From: Chiloscyllium plagiosum
Taxonomy: Eukaryota
Direction: 5' to 3'
DNA: 64,000 bases
Assembly: GCF_004010195.1 (NCBI RefSeq)
Contig: NC_057711.1
Span: forward strand, 70,601,018-70,665,017
The notes below the pieces were generated by a model, which was given only the letters and a program-made list of their open reading frames with translations, was not told where the DNA came from and did no database searches. The position numbers and the translations under genes were made by a program. Positions 1 through 14,286 of the stretch are shown here, piece after piece. Each line of letters opens with the position of its first letter. Positions within the stretch are counted from its first letter, which is position 1.

Positions 1-1789
1 TGTCCAGTGCTGATAGATATTTTTCAATCAGCCTATCCAGAGATTATATTACAAATCTCTGGAGCAGGTAGAAACTTGTCCAAACAACTTTTTGTGCATG
101 CTGTTCTGCTTGCTATCTCTATTCTTACTGATTGGGGCCATGGATCAATATCAAAAACATTGGAAGTTTGTATTTAAATCTCTCCATGCCTTCACCAAAT
201 TCTGTCTCTTTAATCTTTTCCAGACCCAAAGTCCTCTCTCAAAAGCTGCCTTCTAACATTAAGGTTGCTGTCTGAGCCCTCTCTTCACCTACCCTCTGAA
301 ATGGAGCTTGGAGCTCTGCTTCGGTTGTGTCTGTGGAATTACATTCTTAAACCTTTCAGCCTCTGTGTCTACCTTTTGTAATTAGAAAGCATTCTCAAAA
401 CTCTCCCCTAGAACAAACGTTTCACTGAATCCTCTTAACCCTTCTTTCAGAATCAGAGCCTTGGAATTTTACACCACAGAAACAAGGCAGTCAGGTAATT
501 GTACCAGTACCAGCTCTGTGAAAAAGGTTTTCACTTGATCCCATTTAATTTCCATTACACTTTATTTTACTTTATTGAATTTTTGATAATTTGGTCTTGT
601 ATGCGCTCATCAAGCAGGTATTTTCAAGATATTTCCAAAGGAGACTTTTTCACTATGGCTGTCAGGTTTGGTTTTCCATGTATCCATTTCCTTGTGTATT
701 TTAGCTGTTACTGTAAACCCAGGTTGATCACACCTATCTTATCCTCTTTCTCGGTCTATAATGGATCCTTAATGTTGTCATGCCTCTACTCCTTTGACCT
801 TATTTTGATATTTCCCCCAACACTTATCAATTTCTTTGATGAAGCTTTTGGCCACCCGTTCTCTCAGATCTGCTTGTCTGGCTCGATGTTAATTTTGTTC
901 ATGTTGATTGTTTGATATTGGCCCTGTGAAGTGCTGTTGGCACGTTATGCTGCATTTAAAAATGCCATCGAAATGTAAGTACCTGTAGTATTACTTCTGC
1001 ATTCAGATATTGTCTAATAATGTTAGTGAGATGGAGAATTTGGCTTGTGAGAACTGTAGATTTAAACTCACTTCCGGTAATTCATGGTATGCAGACTTCG
1101 TGTGCTAAAGCATTGACACAGGAAGAAATGCCATTCAAGTTCAGCTTTTGTGAATAAGACAGAACAGTTGTTAGCTCATATTCTCCGATGGGGAATGGCA
1201 ATCACTGTGTGTATTTTGGAGTATTTTGCTTTTGTATGACTGTGGATAATATGATTACTGTGCAGTCTCTCCTGCTGAAGTCATGTCATGAGTATTTTTA
1301 CATTCATAATGAGACTGTGATCTCAATAACGCTGAAACACATGCCAATGTTAAAGGGAGGAAGTGAAGCATGATTCCGAACTGCTGTTTGTGGCTGCCGA
1401 GTTAAATGACAATTTTAGAATGTGTGGTGTTGAATGTCTTTTGCATCACCTGTTTGATTTGCTTGGGATGGGACATGATGTTGCAGGAAGTTAAATCCTC
1501 ACCCTGTTTATTTTAAAGTGATGGTCATTACCCCATAAATAACTGTTATTCCATAATCTCAATATTTCCTGTCCACTTCCTTGTTTTCTCTGGATTGAAT
1601 TTCATTGTTGCCCTGTATCCATGGCCTCAGTAACAGCAGTAAAATTCAGGATGCGGGATGTGTTGGAGAGAGACAGGATTCCAGGAGTGACCTTGTTTGA
1701 ATGAATGTGGTGGGAACACTTGAAAAATCAATTTAACATTTATTTTTGTGTGTTTTGGTAACTACGCCAAATGTTGTGAATTTAAGCAA

Positions 1790-2290
1790 GAAAAACTATT
1801 TATATCGTAACTTTAATGTTTGAAATGTCCCAATGTGCTTCACAGGAGGATTATAAATCAAAGAATGACACTTAGCCACAAAAGGATATTTTAGGTCAGA
1901 TGACCAAAAACTTTGTCAAAGAGGGAGGTTTTAAGAAAGAAAGTGAGTTGGAAAAGTATAGATAGGCAATTCCAGAGGCTTGGGGCCTTGACCATTCTAG
2001 ACACGGCCTTCAATTGTGCAGCAATTTTGATTAGTCATGTAGATTAGGTCAGAATTTGAAGAGTACAGATATCTCTGTAGATAGTTGGGTCGGAGAAGAG
2101 AAGATTTACAGAAAAGGTAAGGCCATGGATTTGAAAACAATGATGAGCATTTTAAAATCAAGACATTGGTTCCTGATCAATTAAAGTGGTCAGCAAGCAC
2201 AAGCCCACAATGAGGGGATAGGACTACCTGCGAGTTAAGACACAGAAAGCAGAATTTTAGATGACCCAAGTTTGTAGATTGTAGAATATT
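1790..2290 (-). mobile_element. Degenerate L2-like LINE 3' fragment
   Basis: Resembles the reverse complement of a shark L2 3' region (gtgcttcacagg..., gtcaaagagggaggttttaag); no intact ORF. Confidence 0.5.
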
Positions 2291-2294
2291 TTTT

Positions 2295-3290
2295 CGGAAT
2301 GGAGGGTGTGCCTAATGGTGTTTCATAGGGTTCAGTGCTGGGACCTCTGCTATTTGTGATCTACATAAATGGAAGAAAACATAGCTGGTCTAATTAGTAA
2401 ATTTGCAGTTGGTACAAATATTGGTGGAGTTGCAGATAGTGAGGAGGATTGTCAGCGGATATAGCAGGATATAGGCCAGTTGGCATGGACGGATAACTGG
2501 CAGATGGAGTTTAATCTAGACAAACGTGAGGTGATGCATTTTGGAAGGTGAAGTGCAAGTGGAAATTATACAGTGATTGGCATTACCCTGAGGAGTATTG
2601 ATCTACAGAGGGATCTGGGTGTGCAGGTCCACAGATCACTGGAGGTGGCAGCACAGGTAGATAAGGTAGTTAAAAAATGACCTGTGGCATGCTTGCCTTT
2701 AGAAGGGGTGTTGAGTATAAGGATAGACAAGTTATGCTGCACCTTTATAGAACTTTAGTTAGGCCATACTTGGAATATTGCGTACAGTTCTGGTCACCAT
2801 ACTACCAGAAGTATGTGGCTGCTTTGGTGATGGTACAGAAACGATTTACCAGGATGTTGCATGGTATGGGGGATGTTAGCTATGAAGAAAGGGTTTGTTT
2901 TCACTGGAATGCAGGAGGTTGAGGTGTTTTTAGAAGTTTGTGATTATGAATGGCATGGATTGAGTGGAAAATATGAGGCTTTTTTCCAGGGTGGAGGGAT
3001 TGATTAGTAGGGGACACAGGTTCAAGGTACAGGGGGGAGTGGTAAGTTTAAAAGATATGTGCGAGGCAAGTTTTTCAAACGAAGGATGATGAGTACCTGG
3101 AACACTCAGCCAGAGGAAGTGGTGGAAGCAGACACAATAGAAGCACCTGGATGAGTACATGAATAGGAACGGAATAGAGCTTTACATTATGGATCCTATA
3201 AATGAGGATAGTTTTAGAATGGAAGTACAAAATGTGTTGGTGCAGGCTTGGAGGGCCGAAGAGCATGTCCCTGTGCTGTATTGTTCTTTG
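2295..3290 (+). mobile_element. CR1-like LINE, 5'-truncated (RT C-terminus and 3' UTR)
   Basis: ORF 2677-2922 LYRTLVRPYLEYCVQFWSPY...VQKRFTRML; upstream GSVLGP and KFAxxTxIGG remnants; CR1-type tail. Confidence 0.9.
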
Positions 3291-4659
3291 GTCTTTGGGA
3301 TCAACCACGTGTGTTTTGGAATCTACAGGTTATAGAGGTATGGGAATAAGCATTTCACGAGCCGAGGGGCTGAGAAAAGAAAAAAAAGATCTGAATTTTG
3401 TTGCAAATTTTGATATTTGTGTTTGAATAGATATTTGGGCAGCTGAAGTTTCCAATGCTGAAATTGACCACTTCTATATCAAATGCAGGACACCTTCTTG
3501 AAACTTTAACAAACATAAGTGGGTCTGTTTCAACGTCTAGGATAATGCAAATATTGCAAGAAATTAGCTCTCTGGGAAAAAGGGAAGTTATAAATAGACG
3601 TATGGTGAAGAAAAGTGAAATGTTTCAAGGGACATAATGTTCCACTGGGAGTGAGCAGGTGTTGTTTCTCTTCGTACTGTGCGCAGTAATCAAATTTTTA
3701 TAGAAAACATCACAAGAGGTGTATGGATGAATGCGTCTAGTCACTGTATCTTAATTCATACCACCAGAATGACCCCATACTCATTCCTTTGTTGGAAATT
3801 ACTATTTCATAAGATTCCAGTGACTTCTGCCTTCACCAGTTCATTCAAAGTTTCGTGCAAATATTGGTCTCTGTGTGAAGCCATGTTCCTGAAATTAATC
3901 CTGAAGTTACCTTTTACTCATTTGAACCCGTTATATTAATTTTTTTGATTAAAGGCAGTATTGCAGATTAACCATTTCCTACCTGGATTTTTATGAACAC
4001 CTATCAGACATCTCTCTTTCTGGCTGAAAAAATAGGTCTGTCCTGGTTTTCCACACAACTGTCTATTGATGCATGAGATCATTTCTGATGGCTTTTCTCT
4101 GCACTACCAGTAGTGCTGTTTGTCGACCATTTTTCTCTTGGTGGCCAGGATCAGGCATGGTGCTTAACATGCATCTAACCAGAACAATGTATGCCAATTC
4201 CTAAGTGTCCTGTTTTGGCTGAGAAATGCAGCATTCTGTTGTTTTTGCTGATTGCCAACCTGTTTTTGTTAGATTGTTTGTTTGAATCTGTTAAAATACC
4301 TAGGTGTTCTTTAAACTCCTCATTTGTAGATATTTCAACAGTGTACATGGAATACTTGCATTGTCTAGAATTCTTTTCTTTTTTGTGCAAAAAAGTAACA
4401 CTAGTTCACATATATTTGTTCGTATGTATTGAACAGGTTAACTACAAAGGTGTAATAATGTTCCTCATTTGTATTCTTTAGTAGTAGAGCTAATAAAATT
4501 GGAATGGTTAGAAAATTGTGCATTTCACAATGAGATTAACAACATGTCTTTGATTTTCCAAAAATAATCAGAGTTTCTACAGCCATTAAAATGGTAAAAT
4601 GTTTCCCCCCAAACATATCTAAGACTGCATCACAGGTTGTCAACTATTTTTGAAGTGAA

Positions 4660-5150
4660 CAGAATCATAGAATCATGCAGTGCAGAAGAGGCTCTTTGGC
4701 CCATTAAAGTCTGTACCATCAAAAGTTTACTCCCACCTACACTGTTCCCACCTTACTGCACTAGGCCTTAAACATGATGACACTTCCGTTGCTCATCCAA
4801 GTACCGTTTAAAGGTAGTGAGGATTCTCGCCTCAACTACCCTCCCAGGCAGTGCGTTCCATACCCCCATCACGTTTGGGTGAAAACATTTTTCAAATCCC
4901 CTTTGAACCTTCTGCCTTTCGCTTTCAAGTTATGCCCCATCAGTATTTACCTGTCCAACAAAGGTAATCCTTCCATTACGCTCATAATCTTGTACACCTT
5001 TATCAGGTCCCTTCTCAAATTTCTGTGCTCCAAAGAAAACAACCCAAGCCTATACAACCTCACTTCCTAGCTCAAATACTCCATCGCAGGCCAACATCCT
5101 GGTGAATCTCTGTTGCGCTCCATCTAGTCCAATCACATTGTTCTTGTCGT
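4660..5150 (-). mobile_element. CR1-like LINE 3' fragment
   Basis: Reverse-complement CR1 tail (agaatcatagaatc...ggcccatt) and aacatcctggtgaatctc motif shared with other CR1 copies here. Confidence 0.75.
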
Positions 5151-5239
5151 GTAGTTTAGTAAGTAAGCACAGCAGTCAATTCGGCTCAACATTGGTGGTA
5201 CAGATAAAATACCAGTGATTCTACCTTCAGTTAAGGGTG

Positions 5240-5580
5240 GATGCAGTGTTGATGTACTGGCATACTCTGGGGAGTTAGGTTTGAATTCCATCATGACAGA
5301 TGGTGAAATTTTAACTAAATGAGAATTTGGAATAAAAAGCTAGCCTAATTGTAAATACCTTTCTGGTTCACTAATGGCTTCATGACTCCAGAATCAAACA
5401 TGAAGGGCAAAAGATTTCTTTCCTTAAAAAGTTTAGTGAACCCTCAGGTAGGTTTTTACAACAATCAGTAGTGGTTACACTATTACACTGACTTTAGATT
5501 TTATTGAATTCTGATTTTACTGTCATGATGAGATTTGAATCTGGATTATTAGTTAACTAACACTGTCAATATATTCCTGC
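5240..5580. mobile_element. Two degenerate tRNA-derived SINE fragments in opposite orientation
   Basis: The + copy (ggtttgaattcc...ctggttcactaatg) resembles the SINEs at 36405 and 56860. The - copy carries ttagtgaacc and gagatttgaatctggattattag. Confidence 0.5.
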
Positions 5581-8454
5581 ATCCTAATTGGATAATTTGC
5601 CCCTACTTCTCAGACGATCGTGTCTGTGTCTAAGGTGTGAACAGGTTTACAAACTGGCATCTTTGGCAAAATAACACTGCCTGGGACTGTATTAAGGTGG
5701 AGCTTGAACCCTTGAAGTTTGGATTTGGATGAGAATGTTACCACTGATCCCAGGTTTACACTGCAAAAACCATTGAGGATTCCTGATGGGATTATTACTG
5801 TTCATCCTTTCCTTGAACTCTCCACCCCAATTTGTTCCTTTAACATAATGATGCTTGCTGTGTTGTTCACTTTTTGTTGCTACCATCCTTGTTAGAAACG
5901 TTTAATTCATCAGAAATTGGATTGTTTTATCCTGGATAGCTCAACTCTGTTCATTCTTTTCCTCTTGTTACTATTTTGTTCTTTTTCCTATTCTGGAATT
6001 GTTAAGACATCATGATGAAGTAGAAGTCGATTGACACCAGCCTATTCAAGTAGCCTCCTCCAAGGTTCTCATCATGTTTTGTGTCTTAATACCTTTTATT
6101 ATATGTGAATGCTGTATTGAGAATACTTATTTCAGATGGAAATAAGTGGTGAAATCTTTCCTTTCTGTGAAGAATATTTTAAATCTGTTCTGTTGTGGAG
6201 GCTCAATTTAGTCAGAATTGTACATCAGCTGTATTTTGGTGTAAGTAGGTTGCAGAAGTTTTACAGTTAATATTCTGTCACGATGGGAGTATGAAATGCA
6301 GCTGCTGTATAGTTGTAGTCTGATTGCACAGGCTGCAAAGAGCCATTTGAGGCAATAGGTCCTTGCTTAACCTTTCAAACTGTATACTACAGTATCATGT
6401 GATTACTAGTTACTAAGTATTTGGTTTAATACTGGTTACAAGTGGTACAATAGACCAGTTGTATTTCTGTTTATAATTTTTGGTCAAATTTCTTAGTTGT
6501 CTCCTATTCTTTTCTTCCTGTTCCTAATACTATATGTATTGCCATATTCCAGCAAAAGTAGCTTTTTCAGTTTTACTGTACTGTGAATTGAAAGCTCAGC
6601 TACAAAATCTTTGTTTGTATACAATGCCAGGAACTGACACCCAAACTGCATTTCTTCTGGTTTGCATTGTACAGATCACTGAGTTTTGTTTTGATTTACA
6701 TTATCTTTTTAAATAGTTGTTTTGTGTGCTTAACTTGTGCAGCACAGTATTCCAAAATACCTTCACTTGTTAACAAATTACAATCCGTATAAACTGAAGT
6801 CTTATTGCAGGGCAAGTGCTCTATCTTTCTGCTCTTTGGGAGATGACCTGAATACCCTGAAATTATTGGGGAAAAAAAAACTACTTATGGTTTGAAATGT
6901 TAACTTGACACTATGCCAGATACATGGTTTTGTCCCCTTATGCTGGTGGGAAGGAGAAGTCATTTAAAAAAAAAAATTCACCCTTCCAAAAACACTTAGT
7001 TAATAGTTCTTTCTGGATGAAAGCAAATGTTAGACTTTCCTCTATCAAAGAAGTTTATTTTTCTAAAATTAAAGGCTACTTGAATTGCGAGTTGCTTGGA
7101 CTGAGTTGATGTAGTGAGGTATGAGTAATAGTGCAGAATTTGAGGTGAAAGAAAAATGTACAGATAATAAATAAATCTATGTTTAATAAAATTTAAAAGC
7201 CTTACATTTATTCCACTTGGCTGAGTATAAAAACCACCGAATTGAGTTAATAAACATTTATTTTTCATTGCAGTGAATGCAGCTGTGAGCACAACTCATT
7301 TTTTGGGGGTAAGATCTAGCTGTGATGTTGCAAAATTATTTTATTTGCATATTTTGTTAGCCCGTGCTCAGGATGGCTGCGGTCTAGAAACCAGTTCATT
7401 TAGGGCTGTGAATAGCAAAGAAAAAACCTTTTTTTGCTCTAAGGATTATTTATAATTTCCTCTTTTCTCACTTGCTTGTATACAAAAAGGCACAAACAAC
7501 ACACATGCACCAAACTTTGTGGAAAAGGGAAATCAAGACCAACTGCAGTGTTCAAACTACCTTAGAGAGCAGAGATAACTTGGCCCAGAGAGAAGTTGCT
7601 AGTGTGTGACATTTATATTTAATGGTTGGTTGGGTTAGTGAGGAAAATGATGAAACATTTCCCAAGCCCTGTTTCCATTCTTGGTTTGGGAATCATTGCT
7701 TAGGAACACAACAGTTTTCTGAAAGATTTGTGCCACACATGAAGGGGTGACAGGAACTGGGTGAATAGTCACAGCATTCCAATAAAGGAAAAGTTGAAAG
7801 CTGATGAGAATCGTCAAATTGAATAGTACATTGCAGGAGGTGGCCATTTGTCTATGTTAGCTTTATGAACAATCCACTTTGTCCTTTTCACTGTTCTTTC
7901 CCTTTAGCCTAACAATTTTTCAACAATTTACCCAATTCCCTATCTGAAGGATACCTATGAATTTGTATCGAGCACCCTGCTATGCAGTACGCCAAGTGCT
8001 GATCATTCCTTGTTTAAAAATATCTTTACTTGTATAACTTTTGACTGTACCACCGAAAACATTTAAATCTGTACCCTCTGATTATCAATCAGACATTATA
8101 ATTAGACATTGAAATAAAATTATTGACTCCGGCAAGTTGTTTGTGATTTTAACCATTTCTGCCAAATCAGTACTCTTTGCTTTAAGACGAACCACTTATA
8201 GAGTCATTGAGTCACAGAGATGTACAGCACACAAACAGACCCTTCAGTCCAACTTTTAAAGTCTATCCACATTACTGTAATTCTGAAAGCTTGGAATGTT
8301 TTTCATAAGGCTTTTCTGGAACTCCTCGGAAAGCCCATCTTCAACTTCAGATTAACAATAATGTTGGTTGAAAATATGGTAGATCACAGCATGTCAGCTG
8401 TCCTGGTGTTTGTTCCCATTTTTAATTGCTAAAATGCATGTTTAGGTCTAAACT

Positions 8455-8830
8455 TGGCACAGATGGTTAGTAGTGTGTACCATCTACAAGATGCACTGCA
8501 AAAATTCACCAAAGATCATTATACAGCACTTTCCAAGCCCACAAATTCTTCCATCTAGAAGGACAAGGACAGCAGATATGTAGAAACCCCACCATTTGCA
8601 AGTTCCCCTCCAAGCCACTCACCATCCTGACTTGGAAATATGTCACTGCTACTTCATTGTCACTGGGTCAAAATCCTACAATTCCTTCCTTAAAGATATT
8701 GTGAGTCAAGCTACAGCACATGGATTGCAGCAATTGAAGGAGGCTGCTCACCACCACCCTCTCCAGGGGCCAGGGCCCTTGGCAATAAATGCTGGTCCAG
8801 CCAGTGATGCCCACAACCCAGGAGTAAAAA
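8455..8830 (+). mobile_element. CR1/L2-clade LINE 3' end
   Basis: gtgtgtaccatctacaagatgcactgca...gctcaccaccacc...ggcaataaatgctgg...gccagtgatgcccaca; same tail as the tRNA SINEs at 36405 and 56860. Confidence 0.75.
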
Positions 8831-10949
8831 AGAGTGCTGCCTGCCACATTTCCGTGAACAATTGCATATCTATATGCATGAATACTTACCTTCCAAGTCA
8901 GCGCTTAAGATCAAGCTGGTTATATGGGTTATGTTGCTAAGAGAATGCACAGGAGTTTAAGATATGTGCACACACAGAACCACGCCTGAGGACTGAAGAA
9001 CAGAAATGAGTCCACCTGCAGCACTGCTGGTTTATATTTTATACATTTCACATATGGTGAAGGAATTTCTCAAAATCTAGGGTATTTTCCATGCTTGTTT
9101 CAGTGTTTTCTCTCTGTCTCTCTCTAAAAGCAAATAATCAGTAAAATTTGTAAATTCTTGCGCTCTCACTTTTGCTCTCCCTCATCCTCACCTTCCCATG
9201 CCCTCCCGTAAATGCACTACCATTCACTTATTTTCTCACATGCAAACATACCTTACAGCCACTTTTCACTCCGCTCTCAACATAAGCTTTAAGTATTGAC
9301 ACAACAATTATTTACAAGAAAGGAATTCGTACAGAATGTTGTAATCCAGGATGATTAGCGTCCTAATATTACTTTTTATGTTGTTATTTGCTCTATGATA
9401 AATTAATCTGAGATGTTTGATGATGATTTGGTGAAGCTGGTGCTTTGCTGATGCCAGCCTGTCTGGATGGAGGGCACTGCTGGTGCTGCCTATGGAGCTT
9501 TAACCAAGATTCTGCGGAGTGCTGACAACAGTGGACAACTGGAGAGGACCTGGCGACCTGTCGTTCAGGACAGGGATTGGTACCATCTGGTTTCTATTTG
9601 GGGAAAATAGCAACCTGCACATAAATGAGGTAGGCTAGAGTAATGATGGGATGCTAATATATGCAAATAGGCCTGAATGCATTCATTCGTGAGTTTCTTA
9701 TCGAGGCAGAAAATTGGACTCTGATTTTTCTCGACAGCAAGACTATAATTTTTCCATTCTCGCTGTGTTCTTCCAACTGCCTTGACATTGTTCAGAGGCT
9801 GAGAAAATTCTGCCCTGTTTCTGTTTTGGCTTGATCACCCAGAAATGCATGCTTTCTTGTCTTTGTCAGATTTTTGAAATCATTGGAATGTTATGGGTAC
9901 ATGAAGCGCTAAGATAAAATGTGCCTCCTTCTCGGATGTAAGAAGTCACATATCTGTATTCTTTTCACCTCTGTGTTTTTTGACTACTGTTTTTTAATCC
10001 CAAAATGGCCATCACATGGATGGCCTCATGGAAGGATCTCCGTACTCATCCCTTGTAAGTGGTATATCTATTCTCTCTCCTATACAGTATGCTTTTAATT
10101 GCAAAGTTAATTGTATATAAGTGACAGTTGATTGAGTGAATGTGTGTTGGGATATTTGTTTTCCCCATTCAGCCTGGAGGTTTGTGAATCTTTCTAAGGC
10201 TGCGCTGTTTGAGTTTATTTCTTCCTTGTATCAAAACTTGTTCCAAGTTTCAAATGACAGCATCCCAAGTTCAGTCATTGCTTTGTTCTTGGTTTATTTG
10301 AGCTGGGATGCTACCATTGGCTGTAGACATGACTCCGAATCATCAGTGTTCTCCAGTTACCCTGAAGATTGTAGGTTTTTGGTGTCTAACTTAAACATGA
10401 TGATTGGAGCACTTAGATGAGGTAGTGCAGGATTGTTGGCACCTATGGAACTGTATCCTGGCATTGGGCAATGCTTTCAGGAAAGAAAAAAAATTGGCTG
10501 TGAAGATTGTAGCATCTTGTACTGCCATTCTGTTGGAGCTCCCATGGGGTGCAAACAGTTGTACAATGATGTATTGACTGACATGTGACTTATTCACCAG
10601 GCTGGCCTATTCACCAGGCTACGAAACAGGGACAGCTGTGGGTAAATTCTCAACTCCTCATGAGCTGCTAAATCTTATGTCGAAGTATAACTTATATTGT
10701 GAGTTGATGAACTATATAATGTACTCAATCTTTGGCTGTCCCTTTCTGATGCATAAATTTATGATAAATGTAATAGTCTCCTGGGCTTTGATTGGCTAAG
10801 TTATCTGTAAATTGGTTCTAAAATTCATAGTCAAAACCCCTTTCAAGTTCAAAATGTTGCTTTGATCTCTGTGACTGAAATGTCAGAACTCTTCAAAGAT
10901 TATAAGCACAAGAGTTTATAGTTATCAAGGCAGATCTTTTCCTTTATGT

Positions 10950-11910
10950 ACTGCGTGCAGAAGCTGCATCAAGCAGCATTAAGTTTCAATGCACAATCTC
11001 TGCACAGAGCTTCAGTGTGATTCAGCAGCAATATAAAGAAAGTGAATGTGAAGAGGGAACACATTGTCAGTACGCCCTGGAAGCACAGACTTGCCTAGCA
11101 GGGCTGCATTAGGCACAGTAACCACACCAGTTCAGGCACTGAGCCCATTGCCCTCAGTCAGCCTACCAAGGCTGCTTATAGTCTTAGTGTGCATTCACCT
11201 GTCACCCACCAGCATGCCCACAGCCTTGCTTTTCAGTGCCAGTTGGCACAGTCACACAACCAGGCAGCTGCCCGTGCCACTCAGTAGTCATTTGATAGAT
11301 TGAATCATACATACAGAAGAGACCCCTTGGCATGTGGCACAAACATGTTGTCGTACAGCAGGGATGACAAGTAGGTACTTGGTTGGAGGGACATGGATGC
11401 CCCACACAGTGCTCCCAGCTTTCTGTGAGTACAAGTATTCCGACCTTCCAGAGCGTGAGGACACTGATTTACCTCTTTTTCCCCCTCCCCACCCTATTCT
11501 GGTGACTATTGGTGCTGATGAGATAGAAGTGTTGAAGTGTTCTAAGGAGGTAAGTGGATGAGTGGAGGGCATGCAGGGTCAATGATGTGGGAGCATAGTG
11601 GTTAACAAGAGGTAATGTTTTGCATGTGTCAGTGAGGATGCCAGAGCATGGGCCTTGGTGGAAGGCAGGTGTGATGGCTGCGATACGATGTGTGCATGAG
11701 GTAGCTGAGAGCAGAGTGACTTTTTTTCTGCACTGCAGCCCAGTTTCCTACTCCTGGAAACTGCAATAACCAGGGTGGTGATGTAACCTCCTCTGCAACT
11801 CCTCCGGGAAGAGGACTCCTGTTGTCTGGACAACACTGTCCACCAAGAGCTTACCCTTTCTCAGCCATCTCTCGTCTCAATCTCCAATAACAGGGAGGTC
11901 CGCTTCCAAA
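10950..11910 (-). mobile_element. Probable PIF/Harbinger transposon remnant (Myb/SANT-like ORF)
   Basis: Minus strand 11720-11850 reads LLVDSVVQTTGVLFPEELQRR...QCRKKV across frameshifts, resembling Harbinger Myb/SANT DNA-binding proteins. Confidence 0.45.
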
Positions 11911-13366
11911 TGTCAGTCTACCTTTATCTTTCAAAGATGGTGTTGCTGGTCTTTGGGTGGATATCTGCTGACTGGCAATTTCTTTTGGGAATTGTACATA
12001 CTAAGGTGAGGAGGAAATCAGATGTGATACACGCCATCAGGAGGGGAACAGAAATTAATGTAGCCTTTTTGGTTTTAAAAATAAGCAAGAAAGCTCACTT
12101 GACCTCGTGAGAATCCCTCTAACAAATTCATCAAAACTTAGACTAAGCAAAAAGAATGTAAGATTCAGCCCAGTGTTCTGTCCAGAATTTACCACCATAC
12201 TCTCTCTGAGGTCTAAGCATTGCTGTAGCATGACTTCCTTGCTTTTGTACTCTGCTCTTGCTTATAAAATAAATTTGTTCTTTTTTAACCAGCTTCCCAA
12301 ATTAGTCTTCCCTCCGCCTGAGACTTAAGCCTATAGGCTTGATTGCTCGTGTCCCCTTTAAAACTGTAACATAATATTGTAACTTTATACTTCAATTTTA
12401 TTCCTAAAAACTTGAGAAATAGCAGTAGGAGGATACCTTTAGGCCTCATGAGCTTGATGCACCATTCAGTAAGATCATGGCTAATCACGCAAGGATTGAC
12501 TGTGGAAAAGAATCAGGTGAGTCAGATGAAAAGAGGATTTGGGATCTGAGCAGCAGATATCCCGGGCACCAAAATATCTGTGCCACACAAAATATTTTTG
12601 GAGTTGGATGGGTGCCACCCTGATCTGCTTTGTGAAGAAGGTATGAAGAACATTAGAACATAGAACAATACAGCACAGAATAGACCCTTCGAACCACGAT
12701 GTTGTGCCGAACATTTGTCCTAGCTTAAGCACCCATCCATGTACCTATCCAATTGCTGCTTAAAGGTCACCAATGATTCTGACTCTGCCACTCCCACAGG
12801 CAGCGCATCCCATGCCCCCACCACTGTCTGGGTAAAGAACCCATCCCTGACATCCCCCTATACCTTCCACCCTTCACCTTAAATTTATGTCCCCTTGTAA
12901 CACTCTGTTGTACCCGGTGAAAATGTCTCTGACTGTCTACTCTATCTATTCCCCTGATCATCTTATAAACCTCTATCAAGTCACCCCTCAACCTTCGCCT
13001 TTCCAATGAGAAAAGGCCTAGCACTCTCAACCTATCCTTGTACGACCTATTCTCCATTCCAGGCAACATCCTGGTAAATCTCCTCTGCACCCTCTCCAAA
13101 GCTTCCACATCTTTCCTAAAGTGAGACGACCAGAACTGCACACAGTACTCCAAATGTGGCTTTACCAAGGACCTGTACAGCTGTAACATCACCTCATGAC
13201 TCTTGAATTCAATCCCTCTGCTAATGAACGCTAATACACCATAGGCCTTCTTACAAGCTCTACCCACCTGAGTGGCAACTTTCAAAGACCTATGAACATA
13301 GACCCCAAGATCCCTCTGTTCCTCCACCTCACTAAGAACCCTACCATTAACCCTGTATTCCGCATT

Positions 13367-14286
13367 NNNNNNNNNNNNNNNNNNNNNNNNNNNNNNNNNN
13401 NNNNNNNNNNNNNNNNNNNNNNNNNNNNNNNNNNNNNNNNNNNNNNNNNNNNNNNNNNNNNNNNNNNNNNNNNNNNNNNNNNNNNNNNNNNNNNNNNNNN
13501 NNNNNNNNNNNNNNNNNNNNNNNNNNNNNNNNNNNNNNNNNNNNNNNNNNNNNNNNNNNNNNNNNNNNNNNNNNNNNNNNNNNNNNNNNNNNNNNNNNNN
13601 NNNNNNNNNNNNNNNNNNNNNNNNNNNNNNNNNNNNNNNNNNNNNNNNNNNNNNNNNNNNNNNNNNNNNNNNNNNNNNNNNNNNNNNNNNNNNNNNNNNN
13701 NNNNNNNNNNNNNNNNNNNNNNNNNNNNNNNNNNNNNNNNNNNNNNNNNNNNNNNNNNNNNNNNNNNNNNNNNNNNNNNNNNNNNNNNNNNNNNNNNNNN
13801 NNNNNNNNNNNNNNNNNNNNNNNNNNNNNNNNNNNNNNNNNNNNNNNNNNNNNNNNNNNNNNNNNNNNNNNNNNNNNNNNNNNNNNNNNNNNNNNNNNNN
13901 NNNNNNNNNNNNNNNNNNNNNNNNNNNNNNNNNNNNNNNNNNNNNNNNNNNNNNNNNNNNNNNNNNNNNNNNNNNNNNNNNNNNNNNNNNNNNNNNNNNN
14001 NNNNNNNNNNNNNNNNNNNNNNNNNNNNNNNNNNNNNNNNNNNNNNNNNNNNNNNNNNNNNNNNNNNNNNNNNNNNNNNNNNNNNNNNNNNNNNNNNNNN
14101 NNNNNNNNNNNNNNNNNNNNNNNNNNNNNNNNNNNNNNNNNNNNNNNNNNNNNNNNNNNNNNNNNNNNNNNNNNNNNNNNNNNNNNNNNNNNNNNNNNNN
14201 NNNNNNNNNNNNNNNNNNNNNNNNNNNNNNNNNNNNNNNNNNNNNNNNNNNNNNNNNNNNNNNNNNNNNNNNNNNNNNNNNNNNNN
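13367..14286. other. Assembly gap (N run)
   Basis: 920 N inside CR1 ORF2. Confidence 1.

Noticed and set aside
499..915. 138-aa ORF
   Set aside because: TTG start, no recognisable domain, AT-rich intronic or decayed repeat sequence.
10592..10620. Short tandem duplication tattcaccaggct
   Set aside because: Two copies of 13 bp only; an ordinary slippage event, not an array.
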